Shown here one piece after another: positions 62,457 to 64,000 of a stretch of 64,000 nt of DNA (position 1 is its first letter; the number at the start of each line of letters is the position of its first letter). The notes beneath the pieces are model-generated. The model was given only the letters and a program-made list of their open reading frames with translations. It was not told where the DNA came from and made no database searches. The position numbers were made by a program, and so were the translations under genes. The stretch lies in contig NW_026250407.1 in the NCBI RefSeq assembly GCF_024521635.1, positions 682,001 through 746,000 of the forward strand. Direction: 5' to 3'. This stretch comes from Tricharina praecox (lineage: Eukaryota).

Positions 62457-63071
62457 GGGATAGGTGCTGTTGACTTCCCTGTACTATATTTCGGGCGTTT
62501 GTACACAACCACTCTCATGCCGCCAGCACTTCGCTCACTGATCAGTGCGATGATATATCAATCGGGCCACAAGGGAGGATTATGATGTCTGGCGGTGTTA
62601 GCCAGTTTCATCGTTGGCATATCCACAAAAACTGTCATCATACAGCACACACGCGCACACATACATAGAACCATCATCCCAATCCCCCGAATAACCAATC
62701 CGCCTCTAGGTAGCCAAACACCCACCATAGCGAAACATACAGAGCCCCCAATAATCCTCCCCCACCTACCCCCCACAAAGTAGACACTCCCGGCAAAGCA
62801 AGAAAACATATTTCGAGCAATCAATGCATCGTAGAACCAAAACCTGCACCTATGAATCCCGCAAAAATGTTCCCCAGAAGAAAAGAGCCAGAAGAAACCA
62901 GAGTGTTGAACAAAAAGAACGCAACCACAAACTGTAAGAACGAAGAGAATGAGAAAACACCCAGGAAGAAAACACCATGCCAGTTATAAACGGGACAAGA
63001 TATCTCCCCCGGGCCACGGAGAGACTGTGAGGTTTCTATCATGTATGCAAACAACGAGATATTTTCTCATA

Positions 63072-64000
63072 TTAGACCGGGAAGCCCACCGACGCCGCAG
63101 CATTGGTCTGAACACCGATGACGCTTCCAGCAGTACCGGGATCAGCGCCATTCGGATATATCTTGACCGGAATGCTAGCATCGAAGCTTTCCACGGGAAT
63201 ACCCTGGCGTGGTTCATACAGTTCTCCACGATCATCCGCATATGTCTGTTCCAACAAGTCATCGACCAAGCCGTCAGACCGGGTCTGCACCCGTGTTGAA
63301 ACGGCAGAGGTGATAAACTCGAATCGTAAAAACCACGAGTTGGATATTCCACTGGTGTGGAATTCGGGAGTGGCCGATACCGGAATGGTAGGTGTGAATA
63401 TGATGCGGTTCGCGAAGAGTGTGGATTCCGAGTGTCGGGCGTAGATTTTCCGGGTTGCGCGGTGTATCGACGATGCGGAACGTAACGCGAAGGACGGATC
63501 TACTTTTTCCGACGACTCGAGACTGGCGTGAATCTACAATTTTGTCGCATTAGTATGTACCGTCGGGAAGTATGATGAGCTGAGTGGGAATCATACATGA
63601 TAGCAGGGAATTTTGGCTCCCGTGAAGTCGATGATCGCCATCAAGCTCTCGCCGAGTTTATATGCAGGTCTAGCGAGAGTGATTGCTGCTACGCGATGGC
63701 CGTTCCTTGCAATTTCAAAGATGCTGCAGGGGCTCGCGCCTTGACCGCCCGTCAAAGCCATCTCTACCGCATCTCTGGGAGTTGACGATACGTCCTCGTA
63801 TACCGACAATCGCTTGTTGGTAGGTGCAAACGAAGGCGACAGGAGGCCGAGCGAGCCGGCGACATTGTAACTAGAGTCCTGGGGAGCAAGCAGGTTGTCG
63901 ACGTACGACAGGAAATCGTCCAGTGAAGACTCTTGTTTCCTGTCCCGCTTGCCGTGTGACACCGATGGTGTGGGTAACCGTGGTTCATCAAGGCATTCAG
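63072..64000 (-). CDS. RGP1: Rgp1 (Ric1-Rgp1 GEF for Ypt6/Rab6), 3' part only
   Basis: FEIARNG..VAAITLARPAYKLGE, SLESSEKVDPSFALRS, IPVSATPEFHTSGI..WFLRFEFIT, ESFDASIPVKIYP. Confidence 0.85.

Overview
Gene-dense window from a filamentous ascomycete genome. It has short spliceosomal GT-AG introns with CTRAC-type branch points; the style suggests Pezizomycotina, possibly Pezizomycetes, but that is inference. I reconstructed about 27 protein genes by splicing by eye. Most are housekeeping: GH63/YMR196W-like, PPIE-like RRM, NDUFA4/MLRQ-like, SDA1, TFB5, BDF1, CHZ1, cyclophilin, RRP41, GUA1, RRN6, RLI1, EXO84, PGA1, MSF1, MGE1, BLOC1S2, RFC1, bL28m and partial RGP1. Accessory genes are a membrane pseudo-aspartic protease, an SGNH/CE16-like esterase, an HMG-box regulator, an MBOAT acyltransferase, an I78 protease inhibitor and two orphan coiled-coil genes. 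I recognised no tRNA, rRNA, CRISPR array or transposon, and found no clearly new multi-gene system. Best leads: (1) an HMG-box factor whose C-terminus looks like a P-loop-less thymidylate-kinase fold; (2) a 221-aa orphan with a SYCP3/Cor1-like segment; (3) a receptor-like dead A1 protease; (4) a 126-codon AUG-less in-frame extension upstream of BDF1; (5) several splicing oddities (GC donor, microexon gene, all-3n stopless introns, complementary C-/G-rich flanking introns). All family assignments come from motif recognition, not database searches.
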